Virus record (IMG/VR): IMGVR_UViG_3300014204_000169
Span: 1-64,000 of that record
Origin: a virus
Taxonomy: Duplodnaviria; Caudoviricetes
Length of the DNA stretch: 64,000 nt
Direction: 5' to 3' (one strand)
Made by a program: the position numbers and the translations under genes
Shown: positions 55,104-63,962 of the stretch, piece after piece
Layout of the letters: each line of letters opens with the position of its first letter
Numbering within the stretch: position 1 is the first letter of the stretch
Notes under the pieces: model-generated
What the model saw: only the letters and a program-made list of their open reading frames with translations
The model's database searches: none
What the model was told of the DNA's origin: nothing

Positions 55104-55382
55104 TTACATTTTTCCGGTTATTCTTGCATACCATTCATAAAATTCTCTGACGGTTCTGTTTTTAATAATATTGTGCAATTCTATTTCAGGAATATATGAC
55201 ATACTTTGGTTATTATATTCCCATCGAACAGCAACTACTTTCAAAGATAGTCGAAAATCACCCCTACAATAATGATTTGTTTGTGATTGGATTTCTTCAC
55301 CTACACAGGGCACTCTTGATAATTCTTTGGGCCAAACTTCATTTAGTAAGTCAAGATTAGTATGGCAATGTATTCTTTCCAT
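55104..55382 (-). CDS. Hypothetical early protein
   Basis: AGGAG-TTAGTAAAA-ATG start. Confidence 0.5.
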   Translation of the reverse strand: MERIHCHTNLDLLNEVWPKELSRVPCVGEEIQSQTNHYCRGDFRLSLKVVAVRWEYNNQSMSYIPEIELHNIIKNRTVREFYEWYARITGKM

Positions 55383-55387
55383 TTTTA

Positions 55388-55783
55388 CTAACTCCTTATT
55401 TTGCATTTTTCAGCGATTAGTTTATTCATTAGTGTGTATGCTGATAAAACTGGAATTGCTAAAAATTTTTCAATTGTATCTGGCATCAAGTCTTCATTCT
55501 CTGTGAAATTTGCGGATCTTTGATATTTTTTATTCTGATATGGGCAAATTTTAGTTTTTTTCCAATTAATAAAATCCATAGGATTTTCATGGTTTTCTGC
55601 ATCATATCTCATTAATTCTAAGCATAGTGAATCTGATGTAGTTTGCCAATTAGCTAATAATACCATTGTTGGACTAGGCAAATTGGCCCCATGCAAATCG
55701 GCCCCATGCAAATTGGCCCCACACAAATTTTTGGCATTAATTTCTTTTAGTAATGTGCCATTAATATTTTTAATTTGAATCAT
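55388..55783 (-). CDS. Pentapeptide-repeat protein
   Basis: KNLCG ANLHG ADLHG ANL; 15-bp DNA repeats at 55681-55730. Confidence 0.65.
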   Translation of the reverse strand: MIQIKNINGTLLKEINAKNLCGANLHGADLHGANLPSPTMVLLANWQTTSDSLCLELMRYDAENHENPMDFINWKKTKICPYQNKKYQRSANFTENEDLMPDTIEKFLAIPVLSAYTLMNKLIAEKCKIRS

Positions 55784-55797
55784 TTTAATTACCCTCC

Positions 55798-56886
55798 TTA
55801 TTTGATCACAGTTAATTTTCCCGGGGCAATCACAATAACCTTTTTGATTTTTTCAAATTTTACCCGCAGATAGGGTAAACCCAAATTGTAAGTATAGCCA
55901 ACAATCACTCCAAACTTGCCATATTTAGATACACAATTGCCCATATATTCCACTTTAGCTCTTAATGGGAACTTTTCAGCTTGTGGGAAGGCATTTAATT
56001 CTTCTGTAAGGGCTTTAGAGGCTTTTTTAGTCACAGATTCGACCTGTAAGGTCAATTCTTTGCTATTGGCCTTTAAGAGTGAGTTATAGAGCAATGTTTT
56101 TTCCTGCATTGCTTTCAGATTCTTGATTCTTATTTCTAGAACTCCGGTTCTCTTCTTTTCATTCTTACTAAGATGCTTTTGAAGATCTTTTGCAGCTATC
56201 TGTATTTCTGATTCTATTTCATTCTTAATGATAGAACTCATTGTATTCTTATCTTTAGGGGAATCAGGAACACCCAAAGCATAGAATGAGCCCCCATTTA
56301 ATACAATGAATTTTCTTAGATTATCTTCTAGCTCTTTTGAGTTAGTAAAATAAATTCCTCCAGTATCTCGCATTGTGATTGCGTGATTCTTGTGAAGATA
56401 ATCCAGGATTATTAATCGTAAATCGGAATCCGTGTAGATAGTTGAATATTTTTCAATCATATCTATAATTTCTTGTTTCCTATAACTGTCTTTGACTTCA
56501 ATTGTATTCTTAGATTTATTAAAAATAATAGTATTGTTTTTTAGTAAATCTAAGTCAACATTTTTCCTATCAATATCTTTTCTATGAAGTGTGAAAGCCA
56601 CAATATTGGAATCATCGGAAGGGATTCTTGTAATAATTCCAGTGGATTCTAACGATTCAATCCCTCTTTTGATTGCCTTGCCAGTGCTAGGACTGTTAGG
56701 CATAAAATTCATACCTAATGTATTTGTAATTCTTGATTCTAATTCTTCTGGCGTTATCTCAACGTCTCGAATTGTCCACCAAAGCATTGAGCCAATCGTA
56801 GGATAGAATTGCTTATTTTTAGTAAGTGAATTAATCCTAGATTTTTGTGCTACTTGTGTATTGGTTTTTTCGTATGTTTTAGACAT
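55798..56886 (-). CDS. Large conserved early hypothetical protein (DUF6744-like)
   Basis: G.MLWW.I..., I..R..GG.YF, helical C-terminus. Confidence 0.55.
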   Translation of the reverse strand: MSKTYEKTNTQVAQKSRINSLTKNKQFYPTIGSMLWWTIRDVEITPEELESRITNTLGMNFMPNSPSTGKAIKRGIESLESTGIITRIPSDDSNIVAFTLHRKDIDRKNVDLDLLKNNTIIFNKSKNTIEVKDSYRKQEIIDMIEKYSTIYTDSDLRLIILDYLHKNHAITMRDTGGIYFTNSKELEDNLRKFIVLNGGSFYALGVPDSPKDKNTMSSIIKNEIESEIQIAAKDLQKHLSKNEKKRTGVLEIRIKNLKAMQEKTLLYNSLLKANSKELTLQVESVTKKASKALTEELNAFPQAEKFPLRAKVEYMGNCVSKYGKFGVIVGYTYNLGLPYLRVKFEKIKKVIVIAPGKLTVIK

Positions 56887-57152
56887 AATCTCCTTAGTCT
56901 TTCTGTAGTATTTTTAAATATAAAGGCAGTGCTCCAAAAAGAAACCAGCCTTCATATATTTTTAGCACTTTTCCATATTTTGTTTTTGTCCAAAATCTAT
57001 AAACAATCATAGTCACCCCTTTCAAGTTAGTAAAAACATTCAATGTATCGGGCATTAGTAACTTTTGCCCGATTGATTCAATATTCTTAATAAGCTGCCA
57101 GATATAAATTCTTTCCTCTAAATCATCTATTACTAAGTCAGTTGGGGTCATT

Positions 57153-57341
57153 TTAGTATATTCCTTTTTCCCATTGCATGGTTTCACAAGGATCTAAAGT
57201 AGATTTTAGGATATTCCCACAATCATCAAGCAATACCCATTTTATCCAATTCATTTTTTGATGTTTCAATGGATATTGCAAAGGTTTTAAATTTTTAAAA
57301 GTTGTATCTTTATTTGGTTTTTGCAATTCTAGTATTTTCAT
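57153..57341 (-). CDS. Hypothetical early protein
   Basis: Co-oriented. Confidence 0.35.
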   Translation of the reverse strand: MKILELQKPNKDTTFKNLKPLQYPLKHQKMNWIKWVLLDDCGNILKSTLDPCETMQWEKGIY

Positions 57342-58210
57342 AACATCATTCCGATTCTATTTATCTCGTCAAATTCAATTACATGGCATCCTGCATGAAT
57401 AGTGCCATTAGTTTCTATTCTATCCACGCTGTATTGACCTATATGGAATGTTTTTCCGTTTTTGATCCATTCTATGCTGGATTCCATAACTTTGAGCACA
57501 AGAGCATATAGAAGCTTTGCATGGGTAACAGGCACATTAATGCCTTTTGACGTTTCAATATTATCATTTTTTATTCTTAGAAAGGTTTTTTCACAGTAAG
57601 GCAAACTGTTAATTTCACCTTGTTTCCATAAGTCAATTTTTTCCTTTAGTTCCTCTTGTCTTTTTGCCTCTTGAATTTTCTCTTGTTCTTTTTGCAGTTT
57701 TAGATTCTCTTCTATTGCTAATCGAAGGGTTTTAATTTTATTTTCGTCTATCCTGTAGTCTATCCCAAAGTAATCACAAAATTGATTACATTCTTCCATT
57801 TTACTAATCATGGATCTTTCAATCCTGGTTTTATTTTTCCTTGCTCTCTTTGCCTTATTACTAAGTTCTACAATCTGTTTCTCATATTCTGTTATTTGGC
57901 ATTTAATCCAAACTTCGGATAAGTTCCCGGCGTTTTGACTTACTAAATCATGAACAGAAAAAACAAGCATGTCAGAAGGGATTGACCGGCTAACATAACT
58001 TTGATGCTTTGATGTAGAAGAAGAATAACTTTTGTCATTCCATAAAACAGCTTTGCCTTTGTCATTATTAATTATTCTGGCAATTGGAAAATGGTAACCA
58101 TAAGAATAAATGGTTTTATTCTCAAAGAACATATTAGAACCTTTGCCAGATTCTTGTTGCTCATGTATCCAAATATGTGGTAATTCCGAATTACTAAATT
58201 TAGTTTTCAT
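57338..58210 (-). CDS. Conserved early hypothetical protein
   Basis: H.W..., IYSYG.HFPIAR, YS.STSKHQ, GCH.I. Confidence 0.6.
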   Translation of the reverse strand: MKTKFSNSELPHIWIHEQQESGKGSNMFFENKTIYSYGYHFPIARIINNDKGKAVLWNDKSYSSSTSKHQSYVSRSIPSDMLVFSVHDLVSQNAGNLSEVWIKCQITEYEKQIVELSNKAKRARKNKTRIERSMISKMEECNQFCDYFGIDYRIDENKIKTLRLAIEENLKLQKEQEKIQEAKRQEELKEKIDLWKQGEINSLPYCEKTFLRIKNDNIETSKGINVPVTHAKLLYALVLKVMESSIEWIKNGKTFHIGQYSVDRIETNGTIHAGCHVIEFDEINRIGMML

Positions 58211-58262
58211 TTTGATTATTCTCCCATTGATTTTCTGTTAGTTTACTAAATTATCCTAAGTA

Positions 58263-58439
58263 TTACAAGCAATAATCAATAAGCTCATTCTGTCTAAATG
58301 CTACATTTTGTTCTGAGTGAGCTATTCTTGCATGAATTATTGCCCTGCCATTGTCATCATATCTGATTTTAGTAATCTCCACGAAATTTTCATACATTGG
58401 AGAATACGCCGTTTTATATAGTTCTAGTTTGTTTACCAT
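58263..58439 (-). CDS. Hypothetical early protein
   Basis: GGGA-TTACTAAT-ATG start. Confidence 0.45.
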   Translation of the reverse strand: MVNKLELYKTAYSPMYENFVEITKIRYDDNGRAIIHARIAHSEQNVAFRQNELIDYCL

Positions 58440-58453
58440 ATTAGTAATCCCTT

Positions 58454-58675
58454 TCAAATTATCCGTTGCTTGTATTGGTCAAAATGATACCAGATACTAA
58501 AATCATCATTAGAAAGTATTAATATTCTATTTTTCATTCTCCGATGCTTTTTCAAAGGATTGACAGGATAATTTTCTGCTATCCATTTTTCCGCTTGTTT
58601 TTTACTAATTCTATTCTTGTAAAAATTATTTACTAATGTTTCCATGGTTTTGATGCTTTCGATTCTTGATGCCAT
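58454..58675 (-). CDS. Hypothetical early protein
   Basis: AAGGA RBS. Confidence 0.45.
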   Translation of the reverse strand: MASRIESIKTMETLVNNFYKNRISKKQAEKWIAENYPVNPLKKHRRMKNRILILSNDDFSIWYHFDQYKQRII

Positions 58676-58702
58676 AGTATTCTTATCCTTTCTGATTAGT
58701 AA

Positions 58703-59077
58703 TTAATCTTCATATCCGAATCTATCACATACAGTCATGCTTAATGCTTCGGCATGATTATCCCGATAATCCAACTGTATAAGGCTATAATCATCGAAGT
58801 ATTCTTGATCGGTATCACCTTGCCTTAAAGTTAAAAATCCCATGAGGGTCTTTATACACTCATTAGAATCTATTGCATGAGATGGACTACAAAAAAAGTC
58901 ATTACCATTAAATACTTCAATGGTTTTTTTATTCTCATGCATACTTAGGCTATAGCCTATTCTTTCCTTACCGTGGGAATAATCATAGCCTAATGCATAA
59001 GTTATTAAAGTAAATGTTGGGCCCATATTTTTACGATAGGGACGAAAATAACATTTTTTGAGATATTTTTGTTGCAT
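58703..59077 (-). CDS. Hypothetical early protein
   Basis: F.P...D.EYF..Y...Q. Confidence 0.55.
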   Translation of the reverse strand: MQQKYLKKCYFRPYRKNMGPTFTLITYALGYDYSHGKERIGYSLSMHENKKTIEVFNGNDFFCSPSHAIDSNECIKTLMGFLTLRQGDTDQEYFDDYSLIQLDYRDNHAEALSMTVCDRFGYED

Positions 59078-59080
59078 TGA

Positions 59081-59392
59081 TTAGCTTTTCAATGCCGGAT
59101 TTTTATATTCTACTATTCCGAATTCGCTACCATTAATTATTAATTTTGACCCATATACATTTCTCCAATTTCTAACAAAGTTTTTTAAAACAGTATAACT
59201 TGCAAAGTTTGTCTCAAAAGAACACCCATTAGTAAACAGAATGCAAAGTTTGCCTTCATAATTGCTAATAGCATCCATTGCTAGAATTTTGATGATATTC
59301 TTACTAACATAGCGCCGAATTCCAGCAAGGTTTTTACTACGTTGAATTATAAAACCTTGGGAATTCCTAATTACATTCATTTCATCCTGCAT
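59081..59392 (-). CDS. Hypothetical early protein
   Basis: AAAGGA RBS. Confidence 0.5.
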   Translation of the reverse strand: MQDEMNVIRNSQGFIIQRSKNLAGIRRYVSKNIIKILAMDAISNYEGKLCILFTNGCSFETNFASYTVLKNFVRNWRNVYGSKLIINGSEFGIVEYKNPALKS

Positions 59393-59485
59393 GATATTCT
59401 ATCCTTTCAAGTTTAGTAATTAATCCAAAACTTTATAGCATTAGTAATCTAAAATATTTTTAGGCTAACACTATAAAGTTAAAAA

Positions 59486-59689
59486 TTAATCCTCTTGTGT
59501 CAAGGTTCCGAGATATTCTTTATATATTTCTCCATTCTTTAGTAATGTTACAGGTTCGCCACTTGCTCTGCTACAATTCCCTTTGGATAGCCTAATTCCC
59601 TGATTATATTCTTTTATTGCTTGAAATCCATTAGTACCAGAATAGATGGTACCGATATTACCTATAATTGTTTCCCATTGATTTTTCAT
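59486..59689 (-). CDS. Hypothetical early protein
   Basis: AGGAG-TTACTAAT-ATG; GNIGT.Y.G...GE.V...GEI. Confidence 0.55.
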   Translation of the reverse strand: MKNQWETIIGNIGTIYSGTNGFQAIKEYNQGIRLSKGNCSRASGEPVTLLKNGEIYKEYLGTLTQED

Positions 59690-59715
59690 ATTAGTAACTC
59701 CTATTAGTAAATGGT

Positions 59716-59952
59716 TTAATAACAATAATTTTCATAATACAATCGTCCCAGCGCTTCTGTTAATGTAGTGCCATAACTGGTAGTCACTTGAACTTTTGCA
59801 AAAGTTCTAATATGTAATGAACAGCAATATTGTTTGCTTGCGGAATAATATTCTATGTGTACTGCACCCATAGTTAATAATGCATCTAAAAATTCCATAA
59901 TTTTATTCTCCAGTGAATGATATTGTGTAGCATTCTGGTAAAGGTAGCTCAA
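59716..59952 (-). CDS. Hypothetical early protein
   Basis: Co-oriented. Confidence 0.35.
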   Translation of the reverse strand: MSYLYQNATQYHSLENKIMEFLDALLTMGAVHIEYYSASKQYCCSLHIRTFAKVQVTTSYGTTLTEALGRLYYENYCY

Positions 59953-60076
59953 TTAATCCCCATGATGTTAATACAGCCGAATCACTAGCATGTTGAAAAT
60001 GCCTACTAATTACTTTTTTGTTTACATCGAGAAATAGTGTAAAGCCATTGAGCGTTTTTATAAAGTAATGTGCCAT
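59903..60076 (-). CDS. Hypothetical early protein
   Basis: AAGGGA RBS. Confidence 0.4.
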   Translation of the reverse strand: MAHYFIKTLNGFTLFLDVNKKVISRHFQHASDSAVLTSWGLIELPLPECYTISFTGE

Positions 60077-60166
60077 TTTATTCATCCCTTTCAATTTAGT
60101 TTAATAAAAACTGTTAATCTATCGGCCTAAATTACTAATAGGCCGATAAACAAACAATTTACTAAA

Positions 60167-60364
60167 CTAAGTTAATTCCTCCCATGCTAGCGCAAAATCA
60201 GTTTGAAAAACTATATAGTGTAATTTTTCTACATATGTACCATTCAAAGCGTTTTTATATTCTTGAATTATTTTGTTATTCTTGTATAAAAAGGCTTTTC
60301 TTACTAACTTTATCTGCTTTTCTTCTGATAATTCTTTGAAAGTCTCAAATTTATTAATGTTCAT
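60167..60364 (-). CDS. Hypothetical early protein
   Basis: TAATG overlap with upstream gene. Confidence 0.45.
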   Translation of the reverse strand: MNINKFETFKELSEEKQIKLVRKAFLYKNNKIIQEYKNALNGTYVEKLHYIVFQTDFALAWEELT

Positions 60365-60795
60365 TATTTCACCTCTTTATTCTTGATTGTTCGAGCGAAT
60401 ATCTCAGAGATATTAACTAGTTTGTCGTTATATTCGATCATAAATGAACTGGTAAATGCCGAATGGTACTTTCCACCAATACTGACAAAGCCCTCCAATT
60501 CATATCCAGATTGCCCTACATGGTTCAAAGTACGCAATCCATAAACCCGCAATTTAGTATAATATGGTTCATAGTGGGAATTATCTATGCTGTTTTCATC
60601 CTGTTGGGTAGCACAGGCTTGAAATTTACTAATAATTCCCCATGGCCCCCTTGTTTCAATTTTTCCAGGTATGTCATCTTGTGCCGGATTAGTAAAATTC
60701 AGTCCAATAGTTTTCCAGATAGGACTATCAATATTATCTGGTATCCAGGTGGAGCTAGGCCATACTCTATGACATGTAGTAAAATTTTCTTTCAT
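60364..60795 (-). CDS. Hypothetical early protein
   Basis: GAAAGAG RBS; LEG.VSIGGK. Confidence 0.5.
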   Translation of the reverse strand: MKENFTTCHRVWPSSTWIPDNIDSPIWKTIGLNFTNPAQDDIPGKIETRGPWGIISKFQACATQQDENSIDNSHYEPYYTKLRVYGLRTLNHVGQSGYELEGFVSIGGKYHSAFTSSFMIEYNDKLVNISEIFARTIKNKEVK

Positions 60796-60841
60796 TGTGG
60801 CTCTCTTTCATATTACTAAATGTTAAATTTGCCTTTAATTT

Positions 60842-60881
60842 TATAACACATGTTATAGCAGGTGTTATAACACATGTTATA
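60842..60881. promoter_or_regulatory. Tandem operator-like dyads TATAACA-CA-TGTTATA x2
   Basis: Identical 16-bp dyads at 60842-57 and 60866-81. Confidence 0.6.
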
Positions 60882-61483
60882 TAAACCAAAATTTACTAAT
60901 AATTTCATAACAATTACATTAATAGGCTCATAAACAAACAAGAACAATCAACACTAAAGCTTATAAGACTATTAATAGGATAGTCAGAGTATTTAATAGG
61001 TAGAGTAGAGGTATTAAAGAGTATAACTACTCTACCTGTATATGTAATGTATGGTTTATGTGTGTTTTGCTCCTTATATTGTGTGTTATTTTATTAATTT
61101 TACGCTTTGAGCCATGCTCATTACGTTGTTTTTATTAATAATACGTTGTTTTGCGTTATCCGACCAACGCTATTCTTAGTAAACTATTCTTACTAAAAAT
61201 AGATTACTAAATAAAAAGGTTAAAAATTACTAAACTATTTGTAAACCGTGGTAAAAACAGTTCTATCCGGTTTATCCTGATAAATGTTAGTAAAAAATAC
61301 TTCAATTCAAATCATACGATTGGCAAATTGTTCCCCAATACCATAACGCAATAGGCTCTTAATTGATTTATACTCGCTTCTGAGCATTCGATTATTTATG
61401 CCTACTTCATCATATGTGCCATCGGCGTTTTGTCTTGTGATAATTGCCTTCATTGTTTTCCCCTCCCAAAATTACTAAACTAA

Positions 61484-61714
61484 TTAGGCATAATATTCTG
61501 ATATCCTGCAATTGGTAGCATCTACCCAACGTATGCTAGTTCTCTCATGGGATAACCATGGTGGAATCTCAACAAGTGCAAACAATATGCCTTTTTGAGT
61601 CTTTACCTGGTAAACTTTTAGTTTTTCTTCTTGCATTGTTCCTGATATCGGTCGGAACAAAAAAAGGTTTCCAGATTGTTTTAGTAATTTATTAATAGCT
61701 TTCGCTGTTTTCAT
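61484..61714 (-). CDS. Hypothetical early protein
   Basis: GGAGG RBS. Confidence 0.45.
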   Translation of the reverse strand: MKTAKAINKLLKQSGNLFLFRPISGTMQEEKLKVYQVKTQKGILFALVEIPPWLSHERTSIRWVDATNCRISEYYA

Positions 61715-62117
61715 TTCTTGACCTCCAAAATTACTAAACTATATGCAGTATTCCCAATTCCAGCATTTTGGAAAAGGATCGTAGGGACATGAAAAACAAG
61801 GCACAATTAAAGCCAGAAGAGCAATAGACTTTATCTTCTGATACTGTAAGGCCATAAATGGTGCAATCGTTCTTATATCTAGCCGCAAACATGGTTTATC
61901 TCCTTTGATTTAGTTTATTAAAAAAGCACTCTATAGAATGCACAAGCTTTATAGCGTATGCACTCTAACAATGCTTTTCAGTTCATATAACCTCGCTTTT
62001 TAGTTTACTAAACAATCAAGTCTATACAGGTTAAAGTCGCATAATATCACCTCCAATTAGTTTAATAAATTAATTCAACATATATGCGCTCAAATTACTA
62101 AGCGCATAAATGCGGAA

Positions 62118-62294
62118 TTAATTATTAATATAATAATCGTACGCTATTGACGCTGTCTTAACTGATATATTGCATTTTTTTGCAGCAATGGCAATTTCTG
62201 ATTTTTTAGGATGAAATGGTTTATGGTTTATAGGCATTTCTTGTGCAACGGAACGCCCTTGATACCATTTTTTTCTTTCTTCTATTGTAGGCAT
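62118..62294 (-). CDS. First early gene, 58 aa, possible HTH
   Basis: GAGAGGA RBS downstream of the strong promoter; EIAIAAKKCNISVKTA. Confidence 0.45.
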   Translation of the reverse strand: MPTIEERKKWYQGRSVAQEMPINHKPFHPKKSEIAIAAKKCNISVKTASIAYDYYINN

Positions 62295-62343
62295 TGTCTT
62301 ATCCTCTCTTTATCTATCGTCATTAACTCTCAATCACATTATT

Positions 62344-62372
62344 ATAATAATTGATTTATATAATTGTGTCAA
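62344..62372 (-). promoter_or_regulatory. Strong sigma70-type early promoter
   Basis: TTGACA-17-TATTAT. Confidence 0.7.
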
Positions 62373-62760
62373 TACTTATTTCATTAAATAATGCATTTTT
62401 ATTTGATTAATTTATTAAATTAATTTGGTCCTAATCGCTTGACTTCTTTCCTGTCCTATGAGTCATTATTTCATTAAATGAAACATTGTCACGTTCACAA
62501 GACATATCATTTAATACAATATTGCATATCATCCCATTTACTAAACTAATATGCAAACGTGCTTTCAGCACGCATACGCACATATCCCATTTACTAAACT
62601 ACCACAGAACATGACACTAAACATACCTGCATACATACAGTAGGCATAGGTAGTTCATAGCCTATTAGTTTACTAAATCAAATTTACTAAAATAATACAC
62701 AACAAGACATTCATTATACTGCATTCATAGTGTGGAACCCTATTCTGTTATGTTGCAATC

Positions 62761-62820
62761 TCACCCCACCCCCCGGCCTATTGGCGGATGGGGTTGTGTG
62801 GAGGGGTGCCATGACGTCCG
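62761..62820. other. GC-rich island, candidate packaging (cos/pac) or terminus region
   Basis: CACCCCACCCCCCGGCC...GGGGTTGTGTGGAGGGGTG in AT-rich non-coding DNA at the polarity switch. Confidence 0.3.
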
Positions 62821-63105
62821 AAATATTACTAATTAAAATTTACTAAAAATACTAATATCGTTTACTAAACTAAATTGAATAATCGTGCAGGACACACAGA
62901 ATATAAAAGCGCTGATTATAAACAACGTGATTTCACTACACAGTACAAAACACTAATAACGTGTGGAACGCGATAGTATTAATATATATTCAAAAAATAT
63001 TACTAAAAATTTTATTAAGAAAACACAAAAATAGGTTACTAAAACAACAATAACCCTTTACTATCTCTACTAGTGTATTTACTGTTGTTAATTTTTAGTA
63101 TTTTA

Positions 63106-63294
63106 TTAATAATCAGTTCTACTGGCTTCTGGGTAATAATGTTTTGGTATAATTCTGATTGTAGTATATTTTTTACCTTCTTTTACTAATTTATCAATAA
63201 ACTCTTTACTAAATGTCACATAAGTAAAATGATTTGGTTTTTTGTTATAACAATCAGTTGAATTATCTTTTCTCATAAATCCTCCAATAATCAT
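63106..63294 (-). CDS. Hypothetical protein
   Basis: GGAGG RBS near the second Met. Confidence 0.35.
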   Translation of the reverse strand: MIIGGFMRKDNSTDCYNKKPNHFTYVTFSKEFIDKLVKEGKKYTTIRIIPKHYYPEASRTDY

Positions 63295-63404
63295 TATATC
63301 ATAACTCTTCTGTAATGGGTTCTATCAGTAATACCATACAATGAGCCAATAATAAGTTTATATAGGCTTAGAATTGATTATACAAGGGATAAAGTGCTAA
63401 TAAG

Positions 63405-63434
63405 TTGACAATTATCCTGAACAATGAGTAATAT
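63405..63434 (+). promoter_or_regulatory. Rightward sigma70-like promoter
   Basis: TTGACA-18-TAATAT upstream of GAGG RBS + ATG 63476. Confidence 0.45.
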
Positions 63435-63475
63435 TGAGCTGGAATATGAATTAATTACTATTTAAGAGGTTAATT

Positions 63476-63697
63476 ATGGATGTAGGTAGAATAAATTTTA
63501 GTAATAACTCAAATTATTTATGTTGTAGAGGTTTAGTAAATTGTATGGAGAAATCTAAACCTGAGACTATTACAGTGGAATGTAATTCTGAAAACAGTAG
63601 ACAGATAAAAGAGATATTTAGTAATCTGCAAGTACCTGTAATTACTAAAAGGAGAAATAATCATGGAAGACACAATTACTATACAACAAGTTATTGA
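63476..63697 (+). CDS. Hypothetical protein
   Basis: AAGAGG RBS. Confidence 0.4.
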   Translation: MDVGRINFSNNSNYLCCRGLVNCMEKSKPETITVECNSENSRQIKEIFSNLQVPVITKRRNNHGRHNYYTTSY

Positions 63698-63962
63698 TTT
63701 AATGAATGAGGCACTTAATTTGGATAGAGAAGCTATTACTAATTTAGTGCGCACAAGAGTTGTCTGTAATAAAGCTCTTACAGAGCACCCTACTATTCAG
63801 GTTGGGGGAGAAGATCCTAATATTGGTGAAGTTGGACTATTGGGAATAATAAATGGTTTATTTAGTAAAACTAAAGGTGGTTGGGGTAAAATATGCACTA
63901 TCTCTGAAAATGGCTTTATTGAAAGGTTCTCATTGACTGAAAAAGAAACAAAAGGAAAATAA
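63663..63962 (+). CDS. Conserved phage hypothetical protein
   Basis: LNEAL.LDR.AI..L...RV.CN..L..HPTIQV....VGLLGIINGLF. Confidence 0.6.
   Translation: MEDTITIQQVIDLMNEALNLDREAITNLVRTRVVCNKALTEHPTIQVGGEDPNIGEVGLLGIINGLFSKTKGGWGKICTISENGFIERFSLTEKETKGK

Noticed and set aside
55681-55730. 15-bp tandem repeats as a regulatory array
   Set aside because: They simply encode pentapeptide repeats
56894-57187. 97-aa ORF as annotated
   Set aside because: Start is ambiguous and overlaps the neighbour; possibly only the C-terminal MIVYRFW segment is real
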